63,170 bases of DNA, filler included, from Collodictyon triciliatum (GCA_043381765.1; 5 parts of 5 records of this genome joined end to end with filler, not necessarily neighbours in it), one strand, 5' to 3'. Positions 11,240 through 33,200 are shown, counted from the first letter of the whole stretch. Translations and numbers: made by a program. The notes: a model not told the origin generated them from the sequence alone.

Positions 11240-12450
11240 ACCTTTCAAGAGATTTACTCAGGAATGCCAGAGAATCCGGGTTTCTATAAATAAAATTTGG
11301 CGGATTATTATAATTATTTTGGATTTTTCTGCTTGGGAGACTATACCCATAGAGTATGGCATGTAAATTTTATCGATATTTTGCTCAAGTACAATTTTTT
11401 GTCCAAGGTTCTATGTATAAATATAATAAAACGACCCTGCCAGACAGAGCAGTGCTACCGATAACAGTTCTGTTCTGATGAAACTTGGCCATTACCTTCC
11501 TTCTTGTTTGCTAGATAATAATCTCGTAAGAAAGATTGAAAAATGGTGTGGCGGAGGCCGTAATTTAGGAATTTAAAATATTTGTTGTCAATAATTGAAT
11601 ACCTTCTCCACGTTCGAACGGATGGTCATTTCATTTATTTCGTTGCGAGGCCCTCCTTTTGCAAATCGATTGAATAATTCATCGTACTCTTCTGTTCTCT
11701 CTTGAATGAGGTCACTTAATTTCTTGTGTTCGTTCTGGAAGTTTTTTTCCCCAAACAAAAATAAAATTATTATTATTATTATTATTATTATTATNNNNNN
11801 NNNNNNNNNNNNNNNNNNNNNNNNNNNNNNNNNNNNNNNNNNNNNNNNNNNNNNNNNNNNNNNNNNNNNNNNNNNNNNNNNNTCTTGCAATTTTTTCTCT
11901 AACGCCTTTGTAGCTGATTGCGGTACGTAATATGATTTTTGATCTTGCTTCAAGTTTACAAGAGCCTTTTGCAAAGACTTAAGCTCATTTTGAAGTATTT
12001 TGACGTCGCATTCAGAATCGTGTATCTCTACAACTGAACTGTAGCGACCAGGTTCTCGAGAATTTGTGTTAACTAATAAATAAATAAATAAATCTACGTG
12101 TGTGTTTTCTTTTACACTGAACTATTGGAATAGAATTGAGTCCTCATTAAACGAAAAAAAAAAGAAAATAACAAATAAATTACCTTTCATGGCCAATATT
12201 CTTTCGCTAGCCTCATGGGCAGTTTGATACTTTGATATTTCTCTCTTATATCTATGTGAATGAATTCATTTGCATCATAGCATAAAGCATAAAAGAAAAT
12301 TAAAAACTCCTTGATTTTCACTTTGAATCGAATAAAGGAAAAAAAAAACTCCTTGATTTTTTTTATTGGGGGATGTTTTCCCATGTTGGTTTACCGTTCA
12401 ACGGATGCTTTGAGAATCTCGTTTTCGTGGTTGAGCCGTTTACTTTCATC
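11240..12450 (-). CDS. Fragmentary multi-exon hypothetical coiled-coil protein (5' end beyond scaffold end)
   Basis: Short coding-like exons, e.g. NFQNEHKKLSDLIQERTEEYDELFNRFAKGG and LQKALVNLKQDQK, flanked by GT/AG. Confidence 0.4.
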
Positions 12451-12471
12451 TAAATGAAATTTTATTGAGTA

Positions 12472-12591
12472 TTTTGGTGTTTTTGGTGTTTTTGGTGTTT
12501 TTGGTGTTTTTGGTGTTTTTGGTGTTTTTGGTGTTTTTGGTGTTTTTGGTGTTTTTGGTGTTTTTGGTGTTTTTGGTGTTTTTGGTGTTTT
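12472..12591. repeat. (TTTTTGGTG)n at scaffold end
   Basis: Direct observation. Confidence 0.95.
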
Positions 12592-12691
12592 NNNNNNNNN
12601 NNNNNNNNNNNNNNNNNNNNNNNNNNNNNNNNNNNTTAATTAATTAANNNNNNNNNNNNNNNNNNNNNNNNNNNNNNNNNNNNNNNNNNNN
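12592..12691. other. Artificial scaffold linker N44-TTAATTAATTAA-N44
   Basis: Identical 100-bp spacer with stops in all six frames; occurs four times. Confidence 0.97.
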
Positions 12692-13139
12692 AAGAAAAAA
12701 AGAAAAAAGAAAAAAAGAAAAAAGAAAAAAAGAAAAAAGAAAAAAAGAAAAAAGAAAAAAAGAAAAAAGAAAAAAAGAAAAAAGAAAAAAAGAAAAAAAG
12801 AAAAAAAGAAAAAAGAAAAAAGAAAAAAAGAAAAAAGAAAAAAGAAAAAAAGAAAAAAAGAAAAAACCCCAAAAAAAGTAAAAAATAAAGGTGAAAGACT
12901 ACCAGAAGATGCCGACGGCATGACTTGCATTTGGGCAAGATCATTCTATTCAGTAAAAAAAGTTAGGCTATTAACGTGTCAGCGTCCTCTTTACCGACCA
13001 TTTTTTCCTTCTAATTCGGCCAAGCACGTCCTCTCTGCCTCATTCCATACAAATGCACATTATTTAGTTTACCTAAGAAAAAAAAACACATTTACCTATC
13101 AATAACATGACTAGAAAAGCGCGTTCTTGAGCCAACTCA

Positions 13140-20219
<7,080 letters not shown>

Positions 20220-20599
20220 AGACTGGGATGTGCAACAGTATATTTTATGTAATCTCACTGACGAATTTTACCCTTGCACCATACTAAAAGAAATAGTAAC
20301 CAGCGTCCGCATTCTGCTGACTCGCTTTCCTTTTGCAAGGATACTGCGCTTTGAAGAAAAAAATAAACAAATACTATAGATGATATATTCACGTCATTTT
20401 TATTCCTTAGCTTTTCTGGAGAGGCGATTGTGCGAATAGAAAATAATATATTAAAAGACTCTAGCGGCACAGATTTAAAAGTCCTCTTCAATCAAATCAC
20501 CCTGGCCCATGGTGTTCACGTGACTTACTTTGTGATTATGCTGCTCAGGAAACACTGAATTTCTTTTTTTTTTAAAAAAAAAAAAAAGTTAAAATTTAC

Positions 20600-23500
20600 T
20601 TGATACTGAGCTCAAAAGCAGTCCCCAATGTATATGTATGTGGGACTATTGGGAATCTCAGATTGCGATGATTATTTCAAAATTGTATTGACTATACTTT
20701 GTTGCTTTTGGAATCAGCGAGTCCATGACTTTCATATCTTCTTCCTCGTCATCTTCGTCATCAAATTGAGATGGTCGAATGGCTACTGATGACGGTTTTC
20801 TTTGAATTAAGGTAGATTGCGGCTCTGATGAAATTTGTGTTTTTGAAGGCACTAATGGTGCTGGAAGCTTGGCCGACACCTGTGAATAAATGTTTGGAAA
20901 ATGGGCGATGGCAACATTTATGCAAAACATCAGATATGAATATACAACCTTCATCCCGTGTCAATAAGCAACAATCAAAATTTATCAACGAAATCTAGGT
21001 GGTTTTTAAAATAAATAAAAATAAATGCATATTACATATTGGTTGGTTTGAGTCTTTTCTGCTGATGGCTTGTAAGACGGTACATCGTAATCATCATCAA
21101 ATTCTCGAGGTGATTCAATCTCTGTTACTGTGACCTGCATTTTTATGCGATTACTGATCATGTTGCCGAGTGCGCAGAAAAAGCAAACATCAAAGAAATT
21201 GTAAACAAATAGCATGTTGATTCAAAGAGTATTGGTAGGAGACTCAGAGAGCATGCATACAGATCGCTTGGGTGTATGGTCATGCAGCAGCAGCGGCTCA
21301 TTTTGAGTTGGGACACTTTTTTCGGTGAACAGGGAAGCCACTAGCGTTCCTTGTGGTTTAGAAACCAGTGGTTGCTCGTCGTTGTCCACATCATCGAGAA
21401 AGCTCGTGATTCCTGGTTCTTTATGCTCGGGCTGCACAAACCTTGGGATGGGTCGGATGATATGAGAAGGTGTTGGTTTTTGGGGGTTTGGTGCGACTTG
21501 ATAATCATTCGGCTGCTTGGTTTTGCTTTCAACAGGCGTGCGCATAACTTTCGGAGGTTTTCTGGAAGATGGTGGCGTTTCTGGAGGTTTTTGCAGAATA
21601 TTAGCGTCGAATGTAACGCTTTTTTTTCCTGGCGATGTATCCCTCTTTTTCAGCAAAAGAGACAGCTATACACGTCGAAAAAAATTAGAAAAATTAGATA
21701 CGTAAGAATGTGCTAATGTGAGTAACAGAAAGTGGTACTGCCCGAATGTTTTTTTATTGTTTTTTTTTTTTTTGGAAAACTGCTTAGGTATAGGAAGAAA
21801 TGAAGTAGGTTTAAGCCCACATCTATCTCTAGGTGAAATTGGAACCATCATCGCCACCGTTACATTTCTTTTATTCATTTTACAAAAGGATGAAATCAGT
21901 ACCTCATCCTCGATATCTTTCCGGATACGCTGCGACTTTTGCCTCTGCTCTTCAGGCTCGGACAAGAATCGGATGTTGGAGGCCTATGAAGAGGTAAGAG
22001 GTTCGATACAGAGATATTAAATTTGGTGCAAATATAGGCGGTATATTATTTCTTGTGTCTGCAATATATACATCTAGGCTTCTTTTCAGCTCAGAGTCAA
22101 GCATTCTTTCATCTTCCCATTTGTAGCCAAGTGGGGTCTTTTCCATTAACTGCTTCATCTCTTGTATTAGGCTGTCTTCTCCATCAATTAGTTCACTCTA
22201 GATTAAAAACATCAAGGCAAAAAGATACATGTGAATCTGTTCATGTCATCAGCAAGAGAGTTAAAAGGTTATAAATGTATGAAAATAAGATAATAACATT
22301 AAAAGAGAAAAAAAGAGACAGATAGCCTTTCTTTCAGAGTTCGTTCTAGCCAACTCCAAGGTAGAACAATTATATAAAAGAGTCACCAACAAATGAATAC
22401 AGATACCTTTTTTTTAAAAAAAAAAAAAAAGTAAAAAAAATATATAAGTAAATAAATAAGGACTGTCGTTCAATTGTATACCTTGTTGTAATCAAAATAG
22501 CTTGAAACAAATGTCCGTTTTTCGTGGAACAGAAAAGGGCGGTCTAATGAGCGCATTTTGATTGGAGTGAATTTTAATTTGTAAATGGATGTAGCGACGG
22601 TATATGTTGACTGAACGGAGATGTAAGAAGTCTCTTGGAGTCCAATATTTGAATTTGGCGGCCATAGCATGTATTAAATCATAGTAGTACTTAATTATGG
22701 AAAGTATGAAAATGAATGAAAAAAGCATTATACGCGCTTTCTCCCACAAAAGGGGTTCAAATACAAATGGAGGGAGTGAAACTTTTTCCATATTGTCATC
22801 AGTGCTGTTTCCTGACTCCTCTGTTTCACCAGAAAACAAATTCTTGCTGGCGTTTCCAGAAAGCTTCGTTTTTCGCTTTTGTTTTGAAGGATGCGGTTTT
22901 TGTGGAAGTTCAGTATGTTTTGGACTATCAAGAAGTGAAGGAGATTCTTTCGTTTGCATTTCCTTTCCAGGATTTGAACTAAGCTGAGATACAAGCAGAA
23001 GAAAATCAGAAGAAATAACACAAGTGGCAATAGATTTCAAAAGCATAAACTCAATATCAGTCTCTTGTTTGCTTCGAAAAGTGAATATATTATATACTTT
23101 TGCATCTGCAAAGACAGGCTCTTTCTCTAGTAATATCTCCAAGTCCTTTTCTTGTGCTTTTTCGTCAGCTTGTATTTTTGTAGCTGATTCTTGAATTGAT
23201 GTCTGACTCTTTTCTTTTTCTCTCAGTGGATTGGAATTTTTCTTCGGTGTTCTCTGTTTTCTGGTCAGGCTGGTCTTTGGCTTTGCCTGTGATTTCTTGC
23301 GCTCTGTTTCCATCTCTGGTTCAGAGAAATGACTTTCCTCAATGCTTGGGGAATCTGGTGGCATTGCACTCTGTTATATTAAGAGTCAATAATTAATGAG
23401 CTCTGCGCACAAGATAAGAAAATCCCGTACTAATCATTTATGTATATTCCTTTATTGTTATTATTTAAAAAAATTACAGTTGGGCTTGGTATAACTGTAA

Positions 23501-25140
23501 TAGGCTGGATTTGCCTCCCGTTGAAAGATTGATTCTTCGTGGCTAATTTGAGAGGCTTTTTAGTAGGCTCAGAATGAGTAGGTTGCTGCTCGCTCTCATC
23601 GTCAGAAAGGATTTCCAGAGCATTAGATTTTTTCTTCCCTGTCTAACGATTTACAATGAATTGCACAACTGTCTTGTGGATTGATTGTTTTGGATATCAG
23701 AAGTTGCAATAATGAAGCAAAATATATTAATAAAAATTCGGCCAAACCTCCACAGGGACGTATGGAGTTTCATTCTTTATAGAAATGGACTCTCGAATCT
23801 GGTAAATATTATTGTTGCGATGTAGTTATGGATTAATCATGAATAAATCAAAATTTCGTGTTAATATTTAAATAATTTGAAAAATTTGAAAAGAATGAGT
23901 CAGAAAGCATACCTCTCTCATTTCAGCCCTCATGAATTTTACTTCCTCCATCAACGGCGGCGAAGATTCAAGCTGGTCTAATCTTCCCATTAAGCGCTGT
24001 ATTAAGGTGAAGAAACATGAATGCCTTCGAAAACCATCGCTGATGAGAAAAAAAGTGTTGTGTTATGTTGTGTTTTGTTATGTTTTGTTGTGTTTTGTCG
24101 CGTTATGTTGTGTTAACCGTAGATAATTAGCTATAATAATACTACAAAGTGTAAACAAGAACCGTTATAATTGATTTGATTTCATCCAATTTTTCGTCCG
24201 ACTTAGATGTTGTCGGCTTATCCTCATCAACAACCTTTCTCTCAATTTTTAGTTGCTCGTCTGATGTACTCTTCGATGTCTTTGGAGGGTCCCCTAGTGT
24301 GTGTGTTTTACTCAATATGTCGAACGGAATTCGATAGAATACTCGATACACACGATATTAAGAGCATATAAGATCCAGGTATAAATCCAAGAAAATATTA
24401 CGAAGCACAGGAACATCGTGTGGATTTACTGCAACGGGCATTGCATGGAATACACTCAGCTACATATTAAATACAACTAAACTTGTCAGGTTCATTTAAA
24501 TAAACTGTTAATCTACTCACAAAACCTTGCTTCTTTGGATTCAGCTTTATTGCTGGAACTTACGTCATTTGGATGTCTTCTTTGAAAATGCCCAAACAAG
24601 GCTTGTGTGTCCATGAAAGTTTTGTGGCACATAGGACATTTCTACCAAAAGTTTGGAGTAAATCTATTGAAAAAATTTTTATGTCCAACTCTATATTAGT
24701 GAAGTACACTACTTTGTAAGACTCTGAGGTTATCTTCAAGTCAGGTTTCTTTTGCAGTGCAGATTCGAGTGCCTGGTTGGTTTTTCGAAGTTGCTTAACC
24801 TCTTTTCTTACCAAATTGAGCGCAGCATCCTAAACGTAAATAGCGATTTTTGAACTTTTACATGTCAGATGAAAGGGCACTTATTTATGATACGAGATGG
24901 ATCCCTTGTAATTCATAGCATATGTGAATCATCAAAAGGGGGACGACAAAAACACTTTTTCCTTCAGTTCAGCATCCATTTGGAGAATCTTCAGAGACGC
25001 TGCAACGCATTCATCATCAACCAAACCAAATTGTTCGACCAGATATTGTTGTGCAACCAATAGGTACTCCAGCATAAGTTGGCTCAGTTGAAAGATTTTC
25101 AAATAGTTGTCATCTGTAAATGATGCCAGCTCTGCGCAAG
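20600..25140 (-). CDS. Multi-exon hypothetical protein, largely low-complexity (S/P/K/E-rich)
   Basis: Series of minus-strand exon-like ORFs (21222-21656, 22730-23364, 24165-24295, 24715-24830) with splice signals; no family recognised. Confidence 0.55.
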
Positions 25141-25147
25141 GTTTGTT

Positions 25148-25244
25148 TGTTAGTTTGTTAGTTTGTTAGTTTGTTAGTTTGTTAGTTTGTTAGTTTGTTA
25201 GTTTGTTAGTTTGTTAGTTTGTTAGTTTGTTAGTTTGTTAGTTT
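25148..25244. repeat. (GTTAGTTT)n at scaffold end
   Basis: Direct observation. Confidence 0.95.
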
Positions 25245-25344
25245 NNNNNNNNNNNNNNNNNNNNNNNNNNNNNNNNNNNNNNNNNNNNTTAATTAATTAA
25301 NNNNNNNNNNNNNNNNNNNNNNNNNNNNNNNNNNNNNNNNNNNN
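25245..25344. other. Artificial scaffold linker
   Basis: N44-TTAATTAATTAA-N44. Confidence 0.97.
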
Positions 25345-25649
25345 AAAAAGAAAAGAAAAAAGAAAAGAAAAAAGAAAAGAAAAAAGAAAAGAAAAAAGAA
25401 AAGAAAAAAGAAAAGAAAAAAGAAAAGAAAAAAGAAAAGAAAAATGGAAAGAAAAGAGAAAAAGGAAAAGGATGCAACAGAGATCGATCAGGCTTTGCTT
25501 TCATTTTTTTGGGTTTAGTCTGTTTGCTGGAGCGTTCTTGTGGGAAAAAGCGGAGATATGCTTGAAAAAATCCCAGAGAATCTCTCCATCTCAAATAAAT
25601 ACAGTTAACGAACATATATTAATCTTCATTTATAACACTACTTACATTA

Positions 25650-27228
25650 TTAAGCTGTAGCTTTCTGTCTTCGCTCGGTTGCTTTCTCAGAGTCCTTCTC
25701 AACACCCCATCCATTCTCATAGCATTCAACAATAATAGAAATAGCTTGGGAATATATATGCTTTTCACCAATTTTTCACCAATCACCCATGATGTCTTCT
25801 TTCATTTTCAGCCATTTCTTTCAAAACATAGAATGCTTCCTTTGAGCCTTATTGTGTTAAATGTTTCAATCCATCAAAGGCTAATGATGATTTCAAAGGG
25901 GCGACAAATCTCTAGAAGCATGTCTTCTCGGCGTCTTTCTCAACACTCCATCCATTTTCATAGCACTCAGCCATCATTTGAGCCTGAAACTTGGTAAACT
26001 TACCCTGCACATAATAGGCAGCAAAGCCCGCATCAAAGGAAACAGCACCAATAGAAAGTAGAAGGGATTTGTTGTATCGACTCAATCCTGTGAAATTTCT
26101 GATTTGGATGCATCCACTTTGCAGCTTTCTTGGGCCGATAATCTGGACTGTCTTTGCACCTTGGATTCTGTTGGAACCAATCATGTTTATCGCATCACTT
26201 GCTCTATTGAATACTGCGATGACTTTGTCTGGCTTTCCTTTCTTGACAAGGTATTTTCCTTAGGTGTAAGTCACTTCTGGTTTTTGCAGGTTTTGATTCG
26301 CTTCTCTGTGGCTTCATCCCAAATACGTATTGTTTTATATTGACTTCCAGAAGCCAGCCAATTTTCGCCATTCGGTCCTTGAATGCTGCAAACACATTTG
26401 ACATAGCTTGTATGCCCTTGTAATTTATCATGAGGAATTCCAAATTTCACATAATTCATATTTGGATTATCAAAAACACTATCAACAAGCATCAAATTCG
26501 TAAAATCAAAGCCATCCAAGTTGGTACCAGTGAGATTTACACCATCAAGGATTGACTTGCTGGGATTTGCATGTGGAATTTGGATGTTTGATAAATCCAT
26601 TCCAGCAAACGAAACATTCATGAAATTCAAAACTGTGATGGCATCAGGTGCAACCTTTGATTTGCTCTCATCAGTCTTTGACATGTAGACAATTCTGAAT
26701 AATGGCGCAATGATTTGCTCACGATTCCATTCGTCGTCTATTTTTGCATCATCCAGTGTTTCAAAAATGAATTCCTTGACTCTTGTAAAATCGACAGGCT
26801 CTTTATTGACTCCGATTTCCTTTAAATGGATGGACAAGAATTCGCATATGTTCAATGTTCTGGCGTGAATCTATCCGACTTTATCAGCGAATCTGTCTTT
26901 CAACTAAACCCAGAATGCCGTGTCTTCTTTATGCTGCTTCAGTTCCTTGTAAATCTTGTCTGGATTCTCACAAGCTACCCAGAAGTCCCAGTTTTCAAAA
27001 GAAGACATTCCGCCATGTCGAACAGCAGGTGTTTTGTAAAGCTGAATGGCTAACTCATGCTCTTTCTTCCCTCCCATAAGTTTCAAAATTTTTGTACATT
27101 GTGAACCGTCTTTCTGTGACATGATGGTCTTTGTCTCCTTTCTGATAGCAGCTTCCTTCTGGAAGTATTCAACGACTTGGTACGATCTAAATGCATGCAC
27201 ATTAGTTATTATTGATGTATTTTTCTGA
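25650..27228 (-). pseudogene. Intronless, frameshifted pentapeptide-repeat plus WD40 fragment of NACHT/WD40-type protein
   Basis: APDAITVLNFMNVSFAGMDLSNIQIPHANPSKSILDGVNLTGTNL..VKFG followed by LQGHTSYVKCVCSI..LASGSQYKTIRIWD; frame breaks at ~26855 and ~26270. Confidence 0.72.
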
Positions 27229-27264
27229 TGGACTCAGCTTATATATTCTATCTTAATAAAGCAA

Positions 27265-30200
27265 TTTACCTTTTAAGCTCAAAGTTTGTTCGGCCAACAT
27301 TCTCAAGGGAAGCCGCATAACCAGCGTGCTTTTCGCCCAGTATTCTCCCGCGAATATTCAGCGTCTTTGTATATGACTCCAAAGCACCCTTAAAGCTAAG
27401 ATAATAATAGTAAATAAATTATTCTTTTCAACTAGATATAAAAATAATTAATAAATAGATACCCCTTCAAATCATGGCTGATGTCTCCAATCATCTCATA
27501 GATAGCCCGTGACATTCGGATGACTTTCACCCAGGGTAGACATGAAAATATTCAGCGATTGCTTTAATGAGGAAAAGGCCTCAATTTTCCTTTATAAGAC
27601 GATAGTGATTTGATATTTATATAATTACGATTATATTATGTAAAATTTTAACCCCAAACAGAGTCCATAGAAATGAAAGATATGAAGCCACACTCATTTT
27701 TCAAAAATTGAAAGAAAGGAAAAATTATTGTATGAAAATATCTATAATTTAGAAATTTCGACTTTTCATTGGTAAGATGAACGTTCGCAATAAACTGGAT
27801 TGACGAAGCAACAGATGCACGCTTAGCTCCCAGCAATTTTTCAAGGATTGATTTCTCCTTTTCGAAGTTATAAATAGACTCTCCATACCTTGGTGATTCA
27901 ATCATATTAATCTTACACAAAAATTATACCTATATTTAAAATCAGCTTACACCGACTAACTATGTGCCACTCTTACCCAGCCAGAGAGACATGGCCATAG
28001 TTCTGATACGATATTGCGACAAGAGGATGCTCGTTTCCGACTTTTTTTGACGTATTTCCATCGCCTTTGTGTATTCATCCATCGCCTGCTCATTCCTATC
28101 ATAAAAAATTTATCAGCATACTTATATATTTACAAAAAAAAGAAGAAATAAGGAATCATTTAAATTATTAAAATATTACTTGACTGCTTCAAATATATGT
28201 CTCCGAAGCGGTTATACGATTGGGCCAATTGCAAATCGTTCTCACCCAGTAGTTTGATTCTCAAGTCCAGTGATTTCTTGTATTCTTCAAGAGCTTCATC
28301 AGTTCTATTTTATAAGCAAATCAGAACACTTCCTTTTTGAAACACTCTATTTAATTTATTCTTTCAAAATTCAAAGTGAGCCTTACTTATCCTGTTGCTG
28401 GTAGATGGTTTCCATATCTTCATAAATGGTGGCAATATGCAGGGAATCATCTGCATTTTTCTCAATTGAATTGAGGCATTTCTTGTAGTAGACCATGGAT
28501 TCAGCCCAGCTGTTTAATTTATTTTTATTTTGAAAAGTTTTCATTTTAATCATCATGTCATGTCTTAATTACAATCATTAAGGATTTTTTTTTTTTACTT
28601 TTAGAGGTACCTGAAGACACGACCGATATTCAGGTAATCAGCAGCCTTTGAATCTATATATTGACAGATTATTCAACGTATCAATATATAAACTCATACT
28701 TATGACATAAATTATTCAAGAAGATATTGCATACCCTTTGTTTGATGCTTTCCAAGGCGCACATTCAGAACAGACAACAAAAATGGGTTCTCAAAAGACT
28801 CCGAGAAAAATCCAAGCAGCAGGTCTCTCTCACATTATCCAAAGACTGAAAATATAATTAAAAGCTAAATCATGATTGAAAATTACATTTTTTGAGCACT
28901 AACCTTCAAAGAATTAATGATAAATTACCTTCGCCAAGCTTCCATAAGCGTCTTTGTAATTTGCCACTCCACTTGTGTTGATTGCTCTTCAGCATGTAAA
29001 GAACTCGTAGCGATAGCGACCACTGAGCATGATACTGATAAACTATAAAATATTGAAATTAATCCGAGATAATCTTGACATGACTAAAATAATTGAAAAT
29101 ATTTAGAAAAATAAAAAAAATTACATGATTTTGCTTCATGTATTCGACAAGCAATTCAAACGAATTTTCCTTCAGAAGCTGGTAGCAAATCTCAGCAGCG
29201 AGCTCCTCATTCGCATCGGTGGGCTCAGAATACTGGCCAAACAGCCATTTTCCGTATTTTTCGTGGGTTTTTTCCATATCTTTCTCTTCGGAGAAATATA
29301 CCTTTTCAGTGGTGTCCAGCAGCGGCTGGTGGAAGTACATGTATCTATGATAAGCAAGAATTAGCTTTATGCCCAAATAAAATTATATCGAAAGCGCCGA
29401 TTAACGAAAGAAAAGGATTGAGAAATAACACCAACCTTCCATTGCGGACGAAAAGCGACTCGATGAGGGTAAAGAAGAAAGGTTTCCTATTTGAATGAAT
29501 AAAAGTTAAGCTAAAAAATAAAAGAAAACGAAAAGCTTATTGATTCTATTAATACTAAAATTAAACAAAACACTCAGTAAGCTCAAATCCTGTGCCAATC
29601 GCATCTTTCATGTACTTGTCCAAATCACCTTCACTCAGGCCGATGCGGGAAACAAAGAGAATCTCCATCGAGAGGGAGACATACTCGACCTTTATTGTCT
29701 CTTTTTCACCAGATGAGGCCACTGAAAAAAAATCGTTCAATAAAATTTTCAATTTTCAATTATTATTATTATTTATTTTTTTTTTTGCAAAATATGAAAC
29801 CAATACTCACCTTTCCTGTCAAACTTCAATTGCCAGCGCTGGATAATGAAAGTGTAAAGCTCAATGACACCATTGGCCGAAAGCAAGGTAAACAGTTCGT
29901 CATCGAGCTTCTCATAGACACCAAACACCTTGACTTCATCCAGAATGATACGGAGATAGAGCGGGTGGCCTATAATAAATATCAGATAATAAAAAACTGA
30001 ATTATTCCTTGAAAAACTTAATCAAAATATATACTCTTTTTAAAATGTCTCACCAGTATCTTCAAAGTCAGCCAGAATCATTCCAAGTTGCTTTTTGTTC
30101 AGGGTCTTGACATAGCGAATGAGGAAGGATTTGACTCCATCCTTAATTTCACCCTCGGTCAACTTGGCGACAGGAATCGGCTCCAGTCCACTTTGCTTGG

Positions 30201-33200
30201 CAGACTTATGACATAGACGTACTCAGTAAACTACCACTCAAATCATTTTTATGTAAAATACCAACATATCCAAAAATTAGTAAATAATGAATACTGTGCA
30301 AGATTCATGGTTATGAATAGTCGACACAACCACGGCGACATTAGGTGGCGTTTCTTTGGGCAACCAGGTCAGCAGATGCGGAGCTGGCGTTCCTTGCGAC
30401 GGGTGGATTTGGTTGATAGCATCGATGAGAAAGACAAACTTCTCGTCCCTATAACATATAATTTAATATCAACTTTTTATTCGATTCAAAGTAGTCTAAA
30501 TTCGATTTATCATTAAAATATATATAAAATTAAAGTTTTAATTGTTTTTCTCCCGAATCATTTTCAGCAACCCCTGGAGTCCCTCTTTTTCGTATTATGG
30601 TGGCAAAATAAAATAAACTAAATATGAATAATTACACGACATTTGAATTAAAAGATAAAAATACGATACAGAAATAATACTAGTTCTTGCTTCTTTTCCT
30701 CGACAAAGTTGGCAGATATTGCGACCAAAGTCCAGAAGCGAATCGAAACACTGAAAGAAACCAAATATTTTTTTTTTAAAAAAAAACATCACAATATCTA
30801 TAAAAACGAGAACAAATATAAATAACCTTTCCACGTAGTTGCTGAGATTGGTGCATCCGACAAAATGGAAAAAGACATTCAGCCCAGGATGCTTCAGCCC
30901 TTCAAGGTCTCTCGCTGTAGCAGCCATGAGTGATGACTTTCCAATCCCAGACTCTGCAGCAAGAACGATGATTTTGGATTTCTCCGTGTTCAGCTGATTT
31001 GATGTTTATTTCGTCGTTTAATTAATTATTCTTCATTTCGTCTTACTTGCTGCGTGATTGTCTTGAGAAGCTCCTTTCTTCCGCCAAACCCAGCCAGTCG
31101 ATGCATCTTGAACTGGTGCTGCGCTTGGTCTTCAGGTTCTCCCACCTAGGTTATAGTTAGCTGAACAAAATGTAAATGAATTATATATCTCACCAATCAA
31201 TACTGAAACTTTTGCACCATTAAAAATAAAGAAAAAAAAAAAACAGCTTGATTCCCAAAGTCACGCTCGATGGCGTAAGTGAGATGGCGAGTCACAAAGT
31301 CCGAATACTCCTTCTCCCCTTTGTAGACAACATGCCCGAACTTGGCTTTGACTTTACCTTTGAGCTCCTCTTGCCTCTTGCTCTAAAAAAATACATTAAA
31401 ACGTGTCAAACAATTAAATCATTAAATAAACATAACATAATTACTCGAAAATAATAACACAACACTTTCTATCAATTTTTACCGCCTCTTCGCTTTCAGC
31501 TTGGAACAGCTTTCTTTCTTCCTCGCTCTGGCATGTTGGACGGCATAGTGCTCATCGCGGAGGTAAAAGAAGGCGCAGCTGCATACTGGTTTGTCAATCA
31601 GAAAAGTGTGCTGAATCTGAACATGAATATATGATTAAGAAGAATTTTTTAATTCCATTGTATTTATTCATGATAAGATACATAATACACGTAGAGGTTG
31701 GCTTCACCTCGTATTCAGTCACACTCAACCCAGGCATTCCGTCGATGAAAGGAAAGCGGCTATTGGTTTCACTGCGCCATTCTATCCAGACATCCTTCAT
31801 GGTAGCATCAGGCTTGGTATTCAGCAGCTCCTCAAGGCGGGCTTGTTTGTTCAGCTCCGTTTTGTTTTGGTCAGGAATCCAACCGTAGCGCGCACCGAGA
31901 GAGCACACAAAGTGTGGACATTTTCCGATGGAGTCCAAACAGCGAATCACAACCTTTGAAAGCAACAGGAGAAAATTGAAGATTATTATTATATAAAATG
32001 CTACATGTTCTAAAAAAATTCAAATAACAATGTTAATAATATTGCAATTACCCATCCCTCACTACTGTCCACAGAAGTCAGTCCCCAGCGCAAATCGATA
32101 AAGACAAGGTCCAGTCCCTTCGTCCTTGCAAGCCTTTTCAACCTGACATAAAGATTATATTGTTAGGAAAATAAAAGCATCAATTATTATTCCTTATCAG
32201 AGATTTATTTTTTTAATTTATGTATTAAACTTACTCAGGGGCTCCATTCTTGAAAAACTCATCTCTTTCTTGCTGCATGTCACGGAAAGATCGAGGAAAG
32301 GAAATCACGGATGACATGTTCGTCAAAAATAATGCGTGGCAATGGTGTCGATGTTACGTATCTTTGTGGAGCCGGATTCCACTTCTTGTATTGCCTTTCC
32401 TTCAGGTCTTCACGAGCAAGCTTCATCTGATTTGAATTTAAGATTATATTTTACGAAATTGAATGTATTTGGTCAAATTTTAATTATTTTTAATTAATAT
32501 GAATTACCTTGTCAAGAAGAATGCAAGTGCGGATGAGCACGACAGAGCATTTTTCTTGCAGACCAAGACCTGCATCAATATTTAAATTTAATTCAGTTAC
32601 TTTAAAATAAAATACAATAAATGAATAATCACAAAAATTAAGATAAATCAAATTTCAACCACGGAACGGAAACGGGGCCTTCGCTCTTTCTTAGAGCTTC
32701 TTGGCAATATCGTAACTCTCACGGCATTTTTCTTTCAAATTTGAGGATTGGAAATTAAAATTCAACATAGTTTTTTTTTTAAAATAAAAGGTCAAAAATA
32801 TGAAAGATTAAAAGTAGGTGTTATGTTACCCCAAGATTTCCCAAATGGCCAACGCTTTGTCCAATTAGATATCGAATTATTGCATTGAGCATATCTGTAA
32901 GAATATTTATATGTCAATTACTCATACAAAATACATCTACGATATGTGAAAAACTCCAAAATTATTTCCTTTACAAATAAAATAAACCAGCGTAATGGGA
33001 CTGAGAAGCAACAGCCTCATAACGCACATTCAATTTCAGAAACCAATCGACGGTGAGTTTTTGATTCTCATCAACAAGAACCTCCTCCTCAATAACTTTG
33101 TCACTAATATAAAAAAAAGGGATGAAATGCAAATCCATGAAATAAATTATAAAATTGTGAATACCATAATTATATCATACGCCAACAAGCGAGAATGGTA

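Noticed and set aside
12472-12591. (TTTTTGGTG)n as a telomere
   Set aside because: Other scaffold ends stop in different microsatellites, and this one abuts an apparent exon, so it is probably an intronic assembly break
12636-12647. Periodic TTAATTAATTAA motif every ~12.6 kb
   Set aside because: Assembly linker, not biology
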